Of a stretch of 64,000 bases of DNA, positions 10,564 through 19,843 are shown piece after piece. This DNA is from Candidatus Poribacteria bacterium (GTDB lineage: Bacteria > Poribacteria > WGA-4E > WGA-3G). The translations under genes were made by a program, and so were the position numbers. Below the pieces are notes generated by a model. It made no database searches, was not told the DNA's origin, and saw nothing but the letters and a program-made list of their open reading frames with translations. Where the stretch lies: positions 3,840,001 through 3,904,000 of the forward strand of contig OZ242029.1 in NCBI GenBank assembly GCA_965205015.1. The letters are read 5' to 3'. Numbering within the stretch: the first letter of the stretch is position 1; the number at the start of each line of letters is the position of its first letter.

Positions 10564-10597
10564 ATTATCTTCTATGAGCAAAGCAGATCTCGGGGGA

Positions 10598-10688
10598 GAA
10601 GACTGGAAGACTGGAAGACTGGAAGACTGGGGGGCATCTATCCTTCCATCCTTCCCCCCTTCCAACTTCGCTCCTTCCTTCCTTCCAA
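10598..10688. repeat. Family B element: (GAAGACTG)x4 arm plus CCTTCC-rich arm
   Basis: Tandem octamers followed by partly complementary ATCCTTCC repeats; core shared with 12172-12238. Confidence 0.8.
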
Positions 10689-10694
10689 TGGATT

Positions 10695-13082
10695 TCATAG
10701 ATCCTCTCCCTCAGTGAGAATGAGTCTCTGATTGATAGACAAGTTTCGATGCGTATCCACTTGACCGGAGGGCCAGACAATTTCAAGGATATCCACCTTC
10801 GTATGTGTTCCAAGCCCGATTTCAAGGGACAAACTGTTGGTCGATCCGAATCCACATCCACCGCTGACTTCTCGGTAAATTACGTCATTACCGATATGCA
10901 GGGTAACTTTGGCACCGATACCATCCCGATTGCTTTTGACCCCGACGAGTTTTAGGGTGAGATGGTTGTTTCCAGTGCCATTGTTGCGATAGAAGAGATT
11001 GTGCCACTGGTCGCCGATAAATGCGCCGCCGACGGGGACATAGATATCAACATCGCCATCCGTATCGATATCACCAAAGGTTACGCCGTGTCCTTTTCCG
11101 ATGTTTCCTAAACCCAGCGCAGCCGTCGCGTCCGTAAAAGTGCCATCGCCGTTATTGCGGAAGAGCGCATCGCGTTCGAGTCGTCCCATCTGTGGCGCGC
11201 CGGTGGCAAGATAGATGTCGAGGTAGCCGTCGCTATTGATGTCCCCAAAATTCGCTCCCATCGCGCCATACGCGTGGTAGAGTCCCGATTCACGAGTGAC
11301 ATCTGTGAAGGTGCCATCGCCGTTGTTGCGATACAGCACTTGCCGGTCAGCATCGTGGGGGGCAGTGCCTGTGATTTGACCGGCGATGAAGGCTTGAAAA
11401 GAGCCTGAGTTTGAGATGAAGATGTCCAGATCCGCATCGTTGTCTACATCGAGAAAGAAGGTAACAAAGGCATCCGTAACAGGGAGACTCATACCTGTCG
11501 TCGGGGTAACATCGGTGAAGGTGCCATCGCCGTTATTGCGGTAAAGCACATTGGATTGCCCGAAGTTGACGACATGCAGGTCGATGTGTCCATCCTTATC
11601 GTAATCCCCCCAAGCGGTGCCGAGGGAATTCCCGGTATCTGCGACACCGGCAACATCTGCGGTATTCGTGAAAGTGCCGTCCCCATTGTTGCGATATAAG
11701 ACATTCGCAGCACCATCACCGATAACACCGTCAGCAATATAGAGATCAATGTAGCCATCATTGTCGTAATCCGCCCACGCGGCACAGAAACTACTCTGTG
11801 GGTCTGCGACACCTGCGGTGTGTGTGACATCGGTGAACGTGCCATCGCCGTTGTTATGATAGAGTGTGTTCTCTGCCGCACCCGACCAACCGCCACGGGT
11901 GATGTAGATATCCAAATAGCCATCGTTATCGTAATCGGCGAAGAGTGAACCCCAACCGCCTCTTGGATCGGCAATACCTGCTGCATCTGCTGTGTTTGTG
12001 AAAGTGCCATCGCCGTTATTGCGGAAGAGGGCGTGGGGTTGATACGTGCCCACCGCGACGATGTCTAAATCTCCGTCGTTATCATAATCTCCCCAGGCAC
12101 TGCCGCGTCCACCATCAACTTTGTCCATTTTTAACTCGGGGGCGATATCGGTAAAATAGTTGTCAGTTGTCGGGTGGAAGGGTGGAAGGGTGGAAGATTG
12201 GGGGACATCCATCCTTCCATCCTTCCTTTCTTCCATCCAAACGCCGCTGATGGCTATTTTAAACTCTGCTGGCAAGTCTTCTGGATAGCCACCGAGTTTG
12301 CTGTATGCTGTCCACAAGTTCCACAAGGTTTCGGGGTCGCGAGGTTTCAAACGGAGCGATTCTTTGAAATTCTCAACGGCTTTTTCAGGTGCGCCGTGTC
12401 GGAGATGATAGACTCCCAGATAGTAGTACGCCCCAGAATGACGACGGTAATTTTGGATGATATTTTCAAAACGTTCAGCGGCTTTGTCGGCTTCGCCGAG
12501 CCGGAATTCGGCTAAACCGAGTTGGAGCATCGCCTCCAGATTGTTCGGTTCGAGGTGCAGCACCTTTTCAAACTGGCGTTTGGAGGCGGAGAGATCCGGG
12601 ACGAGCATCTGTTGCGGCGCCCCCAAGAAATAGCCGAGCCTGATGCGTGCCTCGGTATCGTCAGGGTTTACCTCCAGAGCATTGGTGAGCGCAGCAGTAG
12701 AATCAGAAAAGCGTTGTTGATAACTGAAAACCTGTGCCAGCGTTAGGTATGCCTTTGAAAGTTGGTCCTTGTGGGAAGGGTTTTTAACCCCGATATCCTT
12801 AAGCAGCCCTATCAGCGTTTGCAACGTTTCTTCGGCAAGTCCCCATTTCTGTTGTCTAACATAGGTGCGGGCGAGCAACATGCGTACATCGTGAGCATTG
12901 GCATCGATCTGCAGGCACGCCTGAAACGCTTTTTCCGCTTCAGCGAAGTTGTTCCTATCTAATGCGTCCATGCCTTTCTGATAGTGCGCCGTGAGTTGCG
13001 GATTTACATCACGCTGCGGTGTATCTGTATTGCATCCGATACCGATGAAGAAAATAAGGAAAATAGAAAAAATCGCTCGCAT
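10695..13082 (-). CDS. Lipoprotein with TPRs, FG-GAP/VCBS propeller and ASPIC/UnbV domain (CRTAC1 family)
   Basis: IGIGC lipobox-like signal, TPRs, repeated DYDNDG..D and LYRNNGDGTFTD, SNRDGIGAKV and WPSG C-terminal domain. Confidence 0.92.
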   Translation of the reverse strand: MRAIFSIFLIFFIGIGCNTDTPQRDVNPQLTAHYQKGMDALDRNNFAEAEKAFQACLQIDANAHDVRMLLARTYVRQQKWGLAEETLQTLIGLLKDIGVKNPSHKDQLSKAYLTLAQVFSYQQRFSDSTAALTNALEVNPDDTEARIRLGYFLGAPQQMLVPDLSASKRQFEKVLHLEPNNLEAMLQLGLAEFRLGEADKAAERFENIIQNYRRHSGAYYYLGVYHLRHGAPEKAVENFKESLRLKPRDPETLWNLWTAYSKLGGYPEDLPAEFKIAISGVWMEERKDGRMDVPQSSTLPPFHPTTDNYFTDIAPELKMDKVDGGRGSAWGDYDNDGDLDIVAVGTYQPHALFRNNGDGTFTNTADAAGIADPRGGWGSLFADYDNDGYLDIYITRGGWSGAAENTLYHNNGDGTFTDVTHTAGVADPQSSFCAAWADYDNDGYIDLYIADGVIGDGAANVLYRNNGDGTFTNTADVAGVADTGNSLGTAWGDYDKDGHIDLHVVNFGQSNVLYRNNGDGTFTDVTPTTGMSLPVTDAFVTFFLDVDNDADLDIFISNSGSFQAFIAGQITGTAPHDADRQVLYRNNGDGTFTDVTRESGLYHAYGAMGANFGDINSDGYLDIYLATGAPQMGRLERDALFRNNGDGTFTDATAALGLGNIGKGHGVTFGDIDTDGDVDIYVPVGGAFIGDQWHNLFYRNNGTGNNHLTLKLVGVKSNRDGIGAKVTLHIGNDVIYREVSGGCGFGSTNSLSLEIGLGTHTKVDILEIVWPSGQVDTHRNLSINQRLILTEGEDL
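12159..12256. repeat. Composite repeat (heptamer arms around a family B core) inside the coding frame
   Basis: GTTGTCAGTTGTC-(GGGTGGAA)x3-GATTGGGGGACATCCATCCTTCCATCCTTCC...GCTGATGGCTA; resembles intergenic copies at 10598-10688 and 19095-19215. Confidence 0.75.
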
Positions 13083-13139
13083 ATCTGTTTTTTGTCTGAA
13101 TCAGGATTAGTGTTAGCCGTCAACTGTCGAAAACCATAA

Positions 13140-13312
13140 ACTTGCTCTTGAAAAATTGTCACCAGTGCGTCAAACGCCGCGGCAGCTCGCTTGAGGAGTT
13201 CGCCGTTACGCATCCCGTTCCACCCCTGCCGAGAAACCGTCGTGACTTGAAAATCCGCATCAAAGTATCGTACCAATCGCCAGTCTAAGTTTTCATCAAG
13301 GAGAACGCGCAT
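13140..13312 (-). pseudogene. Truncated DUF5615 PIN-like (VapC45-type) toxin
   Basis: MRVLLDENL..TV..GW.G..NGELL..A..FDALVT, then similarity is lost and the expected second half is absent. Confidence 0.7.
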
Positions 13313-13348
13313 GTTGTTTTGAATCTCCGAACGTTGGAGGACTGTTGG

Positions 13349-13418
13349 TATTCCTACAACAGCGTGGGGGACGAATGTAGACGCGTAGGAATAACACTTC
13401 CGATTTAGTGGGAGTGTC
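13349..13418. repeat. REP-like hairpins between the antitoxin and toxin genes
   Basis: TATTCCTAC...GTAGGAATA and ACACTTCC...GGGAGTGT inverted repeats. Confidence 0.55.
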
Positions 13419-13420
13419 TA

Positions 13421-13651
13421 TCACCGCTGGTGTGATCGGATGGTTCGGGTCAGCGCGAGTTCCAAAAAAGCGATTGCCTGTTCCCGAGAGACCGAAGGGA
13501 ACCCTTCAAGAAAATAGTCAAGACTCTCGCCGGCTTTGAGATGATCAATAAGTGCTTTTACAGGAACACGAGTACCTGTAAACACAGGTGTTCCCCCGTG
13601 GATCTCAGGATCTTGGTTTATCACATGCTCAGGTTTCATCTTGTGTATCAT
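13421..13651 (-). CDS. DUF433 domain antitoxin
   Basis: DPEIHGGTPVFTGTRVPV..L..GES...FL..FPSVSREQ. Confidence 0.93.
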   Translation of the reverse strand: MIHKMKPEHVINQDPEIHGGTPVFTGTRVPVKALIDHLKAGESLDYFLEGFPSVSREQAIAFLELALTRTIRSHQR

Positions 13652-13736
13652 AACCCCCGATCGTTCTTATGTCTGATTGGTCATAAGTATACCACATATT
13701 AAACCTGATACCAATGGTAAATGGAGTTAGGAAGAA

Positions 13737-13814
13737 TCGCGAGTAGGGAAAATCCGCAGAAATCCGCAGAAATACCCTATCAAAAACACCCCAAGCAAAA
13801 ACACTCGCTCCTAC
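13737..13814 (-). repeat. GTAG-type REP-like hairpin interrupted by a TTTTTGCTTGGGGTGTTT module
   Basis: Minus strand reads GTAGGAGCGAG-TGTTTTTGCTTGGGGTGTTT...(ATTTCTGCGG)x2...CTCGCGA; the same module occurs at ~21236 and ~33507. Confidence 0.55.
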
Positions 13815-13835
13815 AAGAATGGTTAGGGAGCGCGG

Positions 13836-15218
13836 CTACAAACCAGCCAGCCTTGCCTTCAACACTTCTATTGGGACGGGTTTTGTCAAATCCATGAGAT
13901 AGATCCGCATGTGATCGGAACGATCGGAACTGAATACGAGCGTTTTTCCGTCTTTTGAGAGACTCGGTTCGAAATGGGCACCGATGTGGTTCGTGAGTTG
14001 CGTTTTGTTTGTGCCGTCGGTGTTCATCATCCAGAGTGTATAATGATTATGCGCGTTCGAGACATAGAGTATCCGTTTGCCATCCGGACTGAAAGTGGGG
14101 TGGTAGTGGGAACCTGTATTCGTAAACGTTAGCTGCTGGACCACACCGCCTCCGGCATTGACACTGAAAAGTTGGTAGATGTCGTCCACCATTCCGGTGA
14201 AGGCGATCTGCTTTCCATTGGGTGCCCACGTTGGATGTCCATCGTCTACATCGTTGTGGGTCAGTTGCTTCTTGTTGGTGCCGTCGATATGAATGACGTA
14301 GATTTCTAAGGTATCATTATTCTCTGCGGGCGAGGTGACCTCGCCCCTACGGGATTCAAAGGCGATTTGTTGCCCATCCGGTGAAAAGACAGGGGCGCGC
14401 TGCGCGCCTTCTATATCAAGGAGTGGACGTTGGTTTCTTCCATCGGCATCCATGAGGTAGATCGTCGCAGTCCTCGGATCGGAACCACTCGCCTGGACAG
14501 ATGGGAGCATCATCCCGCCACGTGTGCGCTCAGAAACGAAGGCGATAGATTTACCATCGGGTGAAAAAGCAGGCATGTATTCATCAAGTTCATCGGTATG
14601 TGTCAGCTGCTGTAGCGTGCGAGTTGTGAGATCCATGAGATACAACTCGGCGTTCTGGAGACGATTTGAAGCGAAAGCGAGCCATTTTCCATCGGGTGAA
14701 ATTGCGGGACTATAATCGTCGGTATACTTTGCAGTAAACGTCATCATATTCCCTTTTTCAGTGAAGGTCTGCTCGTAGTCGTCGCTGCCTTCAGTGCGAA
14801 TCCGTTGGACGTGGTAGGCGTCTCCTGTGAGACCTGCTAATTGAAGGAGGATTTCTTTTTTGGGGGAATCGCTCAGCAGCTTTTGGAATTCGGGGCGCGC
14901 GAGGGAACGGTTACCACTGTGCCAGTGGACGCGCCCGAGGGCGAGTGTTATGTCTGCGCGTTTGGGTGCCAACTTTGCTGCATCTCTGAAGGCATTGACG
15001 GCTTGCGTAGCGTCTCCTAATCCTTCATACGCCAAACCGAGCTGATAATAAGCCTCGGCGTTGGAAGGGTTCTGCTTCAGTGCTGCCTGAAACTGCTGAA
15101 TGGCAGACGGAGTGTCGCCTGTTTTAAGGAAGGCTTTGCCGCGCTCAATCGTGGGATCCCCTCCGCACGCAAGCAGAATTAGGAGTATAGAAATGAATAG
15201 ATAGAAATAGTTTCTCAT
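13836..15218 (-). CDS. Lipoprotein with TPRs and TolB-like PD40 propeller
   Basis: LLACGG lipobox, TPRs, repeated P.FSPDGK.IAF.S.R; ATG 15218 overlaps the upstream TGA (ATGA). Confidence 0.9.
   Translation of the reverse strand: MRNYFYLFISILLILLACGGDPTIERGKAFLKTGDTPSAIQQFQAALKQNPSNAEAYYQLGLAYEGLGDATQAVNAFRDAAKLAPKRADITLALGRVHWHSGNRSLARPEFQKLLSDSPKKEILLQLAGLTGDAYHVQRIRTEGSDDYEQTFTEKGNMMTFTAKYTDDYSPAISPDGKWLAFASNRLQNAELYLMDLTTRTLQQLTHTDELDEYMPAFSPDGKSIAFVSERTRGGMMLPSVQASGSDPRTATIYLMDADGRNQRPLLDIEGAQRAPVFSPDGQQIAFESRRGEVTSPAENNDTLEIYVIHIDGTNKKQLTHNDVDDGHPTWAPNGKQIAFTGMVDDIYQLFSVNAGGGVVQQLTFTNTGSHYHPTFSPDGKRILYVSNAHNHYTLWMMNTDGTNKTQLTNHIGAHFEPSLSKDGKTLVFSSDRSDHMRIYLMDLTKPVPIEVLKARLAGL
14328..14350 (-). 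repeat. GTAG-type REP-like palindrome, in frame within the CDS
   Basis: GTAG-GGGCGAGG-TCA-CCTCGCCC; 22/23 identical to 20372-20394. Confidence 0.8.
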
Positions 15219-16864
15219 TTTTGCCTTATACGGATTCGCTGGTTTGCTGGGATATTGTGAAGCTTCTGCGTTTTCCCGTTCTGCCAAGTGATTTGTAATG
15301 TCTCAATCTGTGTGGCATCTCCCACACCAAATTCCGCGACGAAACTGTTCGCGGACATGTAGCTCTCACCGGCGTAAATTTCTCGGACCTGCGTCTGATC
15401 CGCCGTTTTCACCTGAATTTTCGCGCCGATGGCGTCTCGATTCGCGCCTGTTCCAACGAGTTTGACATAGAGCCAATTGTCGCGGTTTCCGCCCTCATTC
15501 CGCAATAGTGTCGGTGGGGCATGGTTGTTGACGATGAAAATATCGACGTCGCCATCATTATCATAGTCCCCAAACGCTGCGCCGCGACCGACTCGGATAG
15601 GGAGTGCCCCAATTCCTGCCTCTTGACTGACATTGGTGAACGTCTCGTCCCCATTGTTTCGGAACAACATATCAGGCTGAGGGATAAGCACCTCTGGACG
15701 ATTCAGCTCCTGGAAGGTGCTACCGTTCGTCACAAAGATATCCAAATCCCCATCGTTGTCATAATCAAAGAGGGCGGTACCCCATCCGATCTGTTTGATA
15801 CTCTCTTCAGCAAGTAGGGATGTATAGGATTCATCTACGAACCGGATCTGTTTAGCATCTGCGTCCTCTGCAAACAAATTTCTGTAGAGTGCGTTTTCCT
15901 CGTCCACCCAATGGCTCATAAAGAGATCGATATCACCGTCAGCGTCGTAATCACCAGCCGTGAGTCCCATAGAACCGCGAAAATCCGCTGCCCACGACTC
16001 GTTGCTGACATCCGTGAACGTGCCGCCTCCATCGTTGCGATAGATATGGTTCGTGGTGGTATCATTTGCGACATAGAGGTCCAGGTCGTTATCGTTATCA
16101 AAGTCGCTAAAGATGGCTTGCATACTTCTACCACCTACTGCCGCGATGCCCGTTTCATCGGTTACATCGGTGAAAGTGCCGTCCCCGTTGTTCCGATAGA
16201 AGACGTTATCTTGTGGCGCAAAGACGTGCGGATTCAGGGCACTCGGTACAGGTTTCCCAGATTGTAGGGATTCTGCCTTCATCTGTTCCAACTGTTTTAA
16301 GTCATAAGTAACATAGTTGCAAACGTAGAGGTCCAAATCAGTATCGCCATCTACGTCCGCGAAGGCAGCACCTGTGCTCCACAATTCGCAACCGACACCA
16401 GCGGCTTCCGTTACATCGGTAAAGGTGGCGTTTCCGTTGTTCCGATAGAGGACATTCTCACCGTAGTTGGTTAGGTAAAGGTCGAGGTCGGCATCACCGT
16501 CGACATCTGCGAAGACACACCCCATGCCGTAGCCTTGATGCCCAACACCCGCGGCACGGGTGATGTCCGTAAATGTGCCGTCCCCGTTGTTCCGATAGAG
16601 GGCATTGGCGTTTCCCTTATTCGTTTTGCCCTCTTGTGTAAAGGGACCGGGAATATTGACAATATAGAGGTCTATGTCCCCGTCGTTGTCTATATCGGCG
16701 AATCCTGCACCGGAACCCATGTCTTCTGGGAGTAGGCTGGAACGGGTTCCGCTTGAATGCTCAAACCGAATACCGGCTTCATTTGTGACATCAACAAAGG
16801 TAACAGCGTTGACAGTGATGGGTGTCAGAATAAAAATTGCGAGTGTTGCAAAGATGGAATGCAT
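15215..16864 (-). CDS. Secreted CRTAC1-family protein (FG-GAP repeats plus ASPIC/UnbV)
   Basis: FVDVT.EAGI.F.H, E.MGSG, D.DNDGD.DLY, RGAAFGDYDNDGD.DI, NRDAIGAKI. Confidence 0.93.
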   Translation of the reverse strand: MHSIFATLAIFILTPITVNAVTFVDVTNEAGIRFEHSSGTRSSLLPEDMGSGAGFADIDNDGDIDLYIVNIPGPFTQEGKTNKGNANALYRNNGDGTFTDITRAAGVGHQGYGMGCVFADVDGDADLDLYLTNYGENVLYRNNGNATFTDVTEAAGVGCELWSTGAAFADVDGDTDLDLYVCNYVTYDLKQLEQMKAESLQSGKPVPSALNPHVFAPQDNVFYRNNGDGTFTDVTDETGIAAVGGRSMQAIFSDFDNDNDLDLYVANDTTTNHIYRNDGGGTFTDVSNESWAADFRGSMGLTAGDYDADGDIDLFMSHWVDEENALYRNLFAEDADAKQIRFVDESYTSLLAEESIKQIGWGTALFDYDNDGDLDIFVTNGSTFQELNRPEVLIPQPDMLFRNNGDETFTNVSQEAGIGALPIRVGRGAAFGDYDNDGDVDIFIVNNHAPPTLLRNEGGNRDNWLYVKLVGTGANRDAIGAKIQVKTADQTQVREIYAGESYMSANSFVAEFGVGDATQIETLQITWQNGKTQKLHNIPANQRIRIRQK

Positions 16865-16865
16865 A

Positions 16866-16962
16866 TAAAGTGCCTAAAGTGTACCAAAGTGTGCTAAAGT
16901 TGTTGTGGCATATCTACAAACTCCCCAACTTTACCGGCTTTAGAACACTTCCCAACTTCCTT
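16866..16962. repeat. Short-period arm element (AAAGTG repeats ... ACTT repeats)
   Basis: TAAAGTGCC-TAAAGTGTAC-CAAAGTGTGC-TAAAGTT ... AACTTT..GCTTT..CACTTCC.AACTTCC; fills the whole intergenic gap. Confidence 0.6.
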
Positions 16963-18321
16963 CTATGTTTCCAAGAAATTGGTAAAAATGGTTCCACTGT
17001 GAAAGCGTTCATCGTTGAGGATATTCTGGAAGAGCGGAATCGTGGTTTTAATACCTTCAATTTCAAATTCAGACAATGCGCGTTTCAACCGCGCGATCGC
17101 CTCTTCTCGATCCCTGCCCATTGCGATGAGTTTCGCCACGAGTGAATCGTAGTGTGACGGGACAGTATACCCGGTGTAGAGATACCCATCCACCCGAATC
17201 CCGATGCCGCCGGGGGGATGGTAGGCGGTAACAACCCCTGGTGAAGGCATGAACTGATTTGCTGGATCTTCGGCATTAATTCTGCATTCAATGGCGTGTC
17301 CTTGGATTTGAATATCGGATTGGTTATATCCGAGTTGATCTCCCATCGCGAGCCGAATCTGTTCTTTGATGAGATCAATGCCGGTGATACTCTCGGTGAC
17401 GGTATGCTCGACTTGAATCCGTGTGTTCATTTCCAAGAAATAGAAATTCTCATCTTTATCGACAACAAACTCGATGGTTCCAGCATTTGTATAGCCGATC
17501 GCTTTTGCGGCTTTTGCGGCGGCTTTACAGATATCGTTGCGAAGTTTCGGTGGAATTGAGGCAGCGGGTGCTTCTTCCAAGAGTTTCTGTTGTTTCCGTT
17601 GGATAGAGCACTCCCGTTCACCGAGGTGGACGACATTCCCGTGGGTATCGCCGAGGATTTGGACTTCAATATGTCGGGCTTCTTCAATCCATTTTTCAAT
17701 GTAGACGTCCCCGTTCCCAAAAGCCGCTTCACCCTCTGCTTTCGCGGTGTGAAATAGATTAAGGAGGCTCGGCTGATTTTCGGCGATTCGGATGCCCCGC
17801 CCGCCACCACCCGCCACGGCTTTGATCCCGATAGGATACCCGATTTTCTCAGCGAGCTGCGCGGCCTCCTCGGCGGTGTCAACTGTTCCTTTTTTGTTGT
17901 TTTTACGCCGACCGCCTTGGCTGCCGGGTATAAGTTTAAGTCCGGCTTTTGCGACAGTCTCGCGTGCCTTCACTTTATCCCCCATGGTGGCGATATCTGC
18001 GATGGAGGGTCCAATAAACTGTATCTGATGCGCCTCACAAATTTCCGCAAATTGCGCATCCTCAGCGAGGAACCCCGCGCCCGGATGAATTGCGTTGACA
18101 TTCGCGTAATCCGCAACAGTGATGATATTGGAGTATTTGAGATAACTCTCGGCTGAGGGCGGTGGACCGATACAATACCGCTCGTCAGCTAATTTTACGT
18201 GTAGTGCGTTTTCATCAGCGGTTGAATAGATCGCTACCGTTTTTATCCCCATGTCTTTGCAGGCACGGATGATACGGACAGCGATCTCACCGCGATTTGC
18301 TATCAGTATTTTTTTTATCAT
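16963..18321 (-). CDS. accC: Acetyl-CoA carboxylase biotin carboxylase subunit
   Basis: KILIANRGEIAVRIIRAC, GGGGRG, ERECSIQR, EMNTRIQVEH, ECRINAEDP, YDSLVAKL. Confidence 0.97.
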   Translation of the reverse strand: MIKKILIANRGEIAVRIIRACKDMGIKTVAIYSTADENALHVKLADERYCIGPPPSAESYLKYSNIITVADYANVNAIHPGAGFLAEDAQFAEICEAHQIQFIGPSIADIATMGDKVKARETVAKAGLKLIPGSQGGRRKNNKKGTVDTAEEAAQLAEKIGYPIGIKAVAGGGGRGIRIAENQPSLLNLFHTAKAEGEAAFGNGDVYIEKWIEEARHIEVQILGDTHGNVVHLGERECSIQRKQQKLLEEAPAASIPPKLRNDICKAAAKAAKAIGYTNAGTIEFVVDKDENFYFLEMNTRIQVEHTVTESITGIDLIKEQIRLAMGDQLGYNQSDIQIQGHAIECRINAEDPANQFMPSPGVVTAYHPPGGIGIRVDGYLYTGYTVPSHYDSLVAKLIAMGRDREEAIARLKRALSEFEIEGIKTTIPLFQNILNDERFHSGTIFTNFLET

Positions 18322-18430
18322 GTTTTTTTATGGTTTTCGGTTCGGATTTTTTCTGCCGAGAAAATCCTTGAGGTAGTCGGTTTTTCGGTTAAGAGGGTAT
18401 CGTTTAACAAAAACCTCTTGTCCGATAACC

Positions 18431-18536
18431 TTAACCATCAACTCGTGCTTTAACACTTATAACGAAGGGTTTTTGCGAATCAACGCTGAATGCGCGTGTG
18501 GCATTCATCGGGGTGTTTCTTCAAGTTGATGGTTAA
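18431..18536. mobile_element. MITE-like element with TTAACCATCAAC terminal inverted repeats (106 bp), nested in a heptamer-arm element
   Basis: TTAACCATCAAC...GTTGATGGTTAA; left 24 nt differ at 2 positions from the copy at 27765. Confidence 0.75.
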
Positions 18537-18558
18537 AACTGATAACCGATAACTATTC

Positions 18559-19080
18559 CTAAGAAATCTGCTTCACTCGGAACAGCGGTTGCGCATATTC
18601 AACCGCCTCACCATCGTCAGCGAGAATCTCTAAAATCTCACAGTTAAATGGAGCTTCCACAGGATTGTAAGTTTTCATGACTTCAAGGACGGCAACGGGT
18701 TCACCGGTTGCAACGATATCCCCAACTTTTACAAAGGACGGTTCGTCAGGGGCAGGGGAGCGGTAGAAGCGCGAGGGCATAGGGGCACTGATATAGGCAT
18801 TATGTGCCTCCGTACCCCCTTCGGCATTCGGGGGCTCTACAGGAAGCTGCGGCGCACCTACTGACACATTTGTCTCTGCGGGACGTGGTGAGGACTGTTC
18901 ATATACGCCAGGGTTCTCGCGATGCCTGGAAACCTGTACCTCAAACTCGTTGTCCCGGATGCGGACTTCCGAAAGGTCGGTACGGACAAGAATTTCTGCC
19001 AACTGTTCAACAATTTCTAAGAGATCATTGTTGTTGTGTTCAGCAGATTGAGATTTATCCTTGGATCTGTTTTGACGCAT
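18559..19080 (-). CDS. accB: Biotin carboxyl carrier protein
   Basis: FYRSPAPD..FVKVGD, EVMK biotinylation site, VEYAQPLF; adjacent to accC. Confidence 0.93.
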   Translation of the reverse strand: MRQNRSKDKSQSAEHNNNDLLEIVEQLAEILVRTDLSEVRIRDNEFEVQVSRHRENPGVYEQSSPRPAETNVSVGAPQLPVEPPNAEGGTEAHNAYISAPMPSRFYRSPAPDEPSFVKVGDIVATGEPVAVLEVMKTYNPVEAPFNCEILEILADDGEAVEYAQPLFRVKQIS

Positions 19081-19092
19081 TTGTTTTTTTAA

Positions 19093-19216
19093 TGGTTGTC
19101 AGTTGTCGGTTAAAGAAGCATTTTTGTAGCAATTACCCCATTTTGGAATATTCCAAGTAGCGGAAATTGTTAGCAGAAGTCTCTTAACCGATGGCCGATA
19201 GCCAATAACCGATACC
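19093..19216. repeat. Family C heptamer-arm palindromic element
   Basis: GTTGTCA-GTTGTCGGTTAAAGA ... TCTCTTAACCGA-TGGCCGA-TAGCCAA-TAACCGA; related copies at 18330-18556, 19787-19843, 21215-21368, 25706-25801, 33422-33450. Confidence 0.7.
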
Positions 19217-19218
19217 TA

Positions 19219-19776
19219 TTATATCCTTTCTACATATTTTCCGGTGCGTGTGTCAACTTTGATACGCGTTTCGTTCTGAACGAACAACGGCACATTAACA
19301 ACACCGCCCGTCTCTAGCGTGGCACGCTTCGAACCGCCGCTGACAGTATCGCCTCGTAATCCTGGGTCGGTCTCAACGATCTGAAGCTCAACAAAGTTCG
19401 GAAGTTCAACGGCAAGTGGGATTACCCCTTCCATTTTGACGGTGACCGTTTCACCCTCTTTTAGGAACTTCAGGTCGTCTCCGATGAGGTCTACAGGGAG
19501 TGTGTGTTGTTCAAAGGTCTCGTTATCCATAAACCACAATGCCTCTCCATCCCGGTACATATACTGCATCTGGTGATCCATGAGTCTGACGGTTTCGACA
19601 TTTTCATTCGCGCGAAACGTCCTGTCCAAGACGGCACCGTCGGAAACACGTTTGATTTTGGTGCGTGCGAAGGCACCCCCTTTTCCTGGCTTGACGTGCT
19701 CACAGCTGACTATGGTATAAATCGTATCATTGAGTCGGATAACTAACCCGTTGCGTAAATCGTTAAGTGCTGCCAT
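19219..19776 (-). CDS. efp: Elongation factor P
   Basis: HVKPGKGGAF, DPGLRGDT, LETG..V.VPLFV, VDTRTGKYVER. Confidence 0.98.
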   Translation of the reverse strand: MAALNDLRNGLVIRLNDTIYTIVSCEHVKPGKGGAFARTKIKRVSDGAVLDRTFRANENVETVRLMDHQMQYMYRDGEALWFMDNETFEQHTLPVDLIGDDLKFLKEGETVTVKMEGVIPLAVELPNFVELQIVETDPGLRGDTVSGGSKRATLETGGVVNVPLFVQNETRIKVDTRTGKYVERI

Positions 19777-19843
19777 TTCTTCCTCTTTATTGGCTATCGG
19801 CTATCAGTGTTGACTGCTGATGGAAACCGATGGCTGACTGCTA

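Noticed and set aside
10564-10698. 44 aa N-terminal extension of PncB in the ORF track
   Set aside because: It is a translation of the family B repeat; homology begins at MALFVDYY (10563).
11130-12030. Repeated GTGCCATCGCCGTT(A/G)TTGCG DNA motif
   Set aside because: Explained by coding FG-GAP repeats (RNNGDGTF), not an independent DNA element.
13004-13140. C-terminal half of the 102 aa ORF as part of the PIN toxin
   Set aside because: No PIN similarity; it runs through a repeat and overlaps the next gene out of frame.
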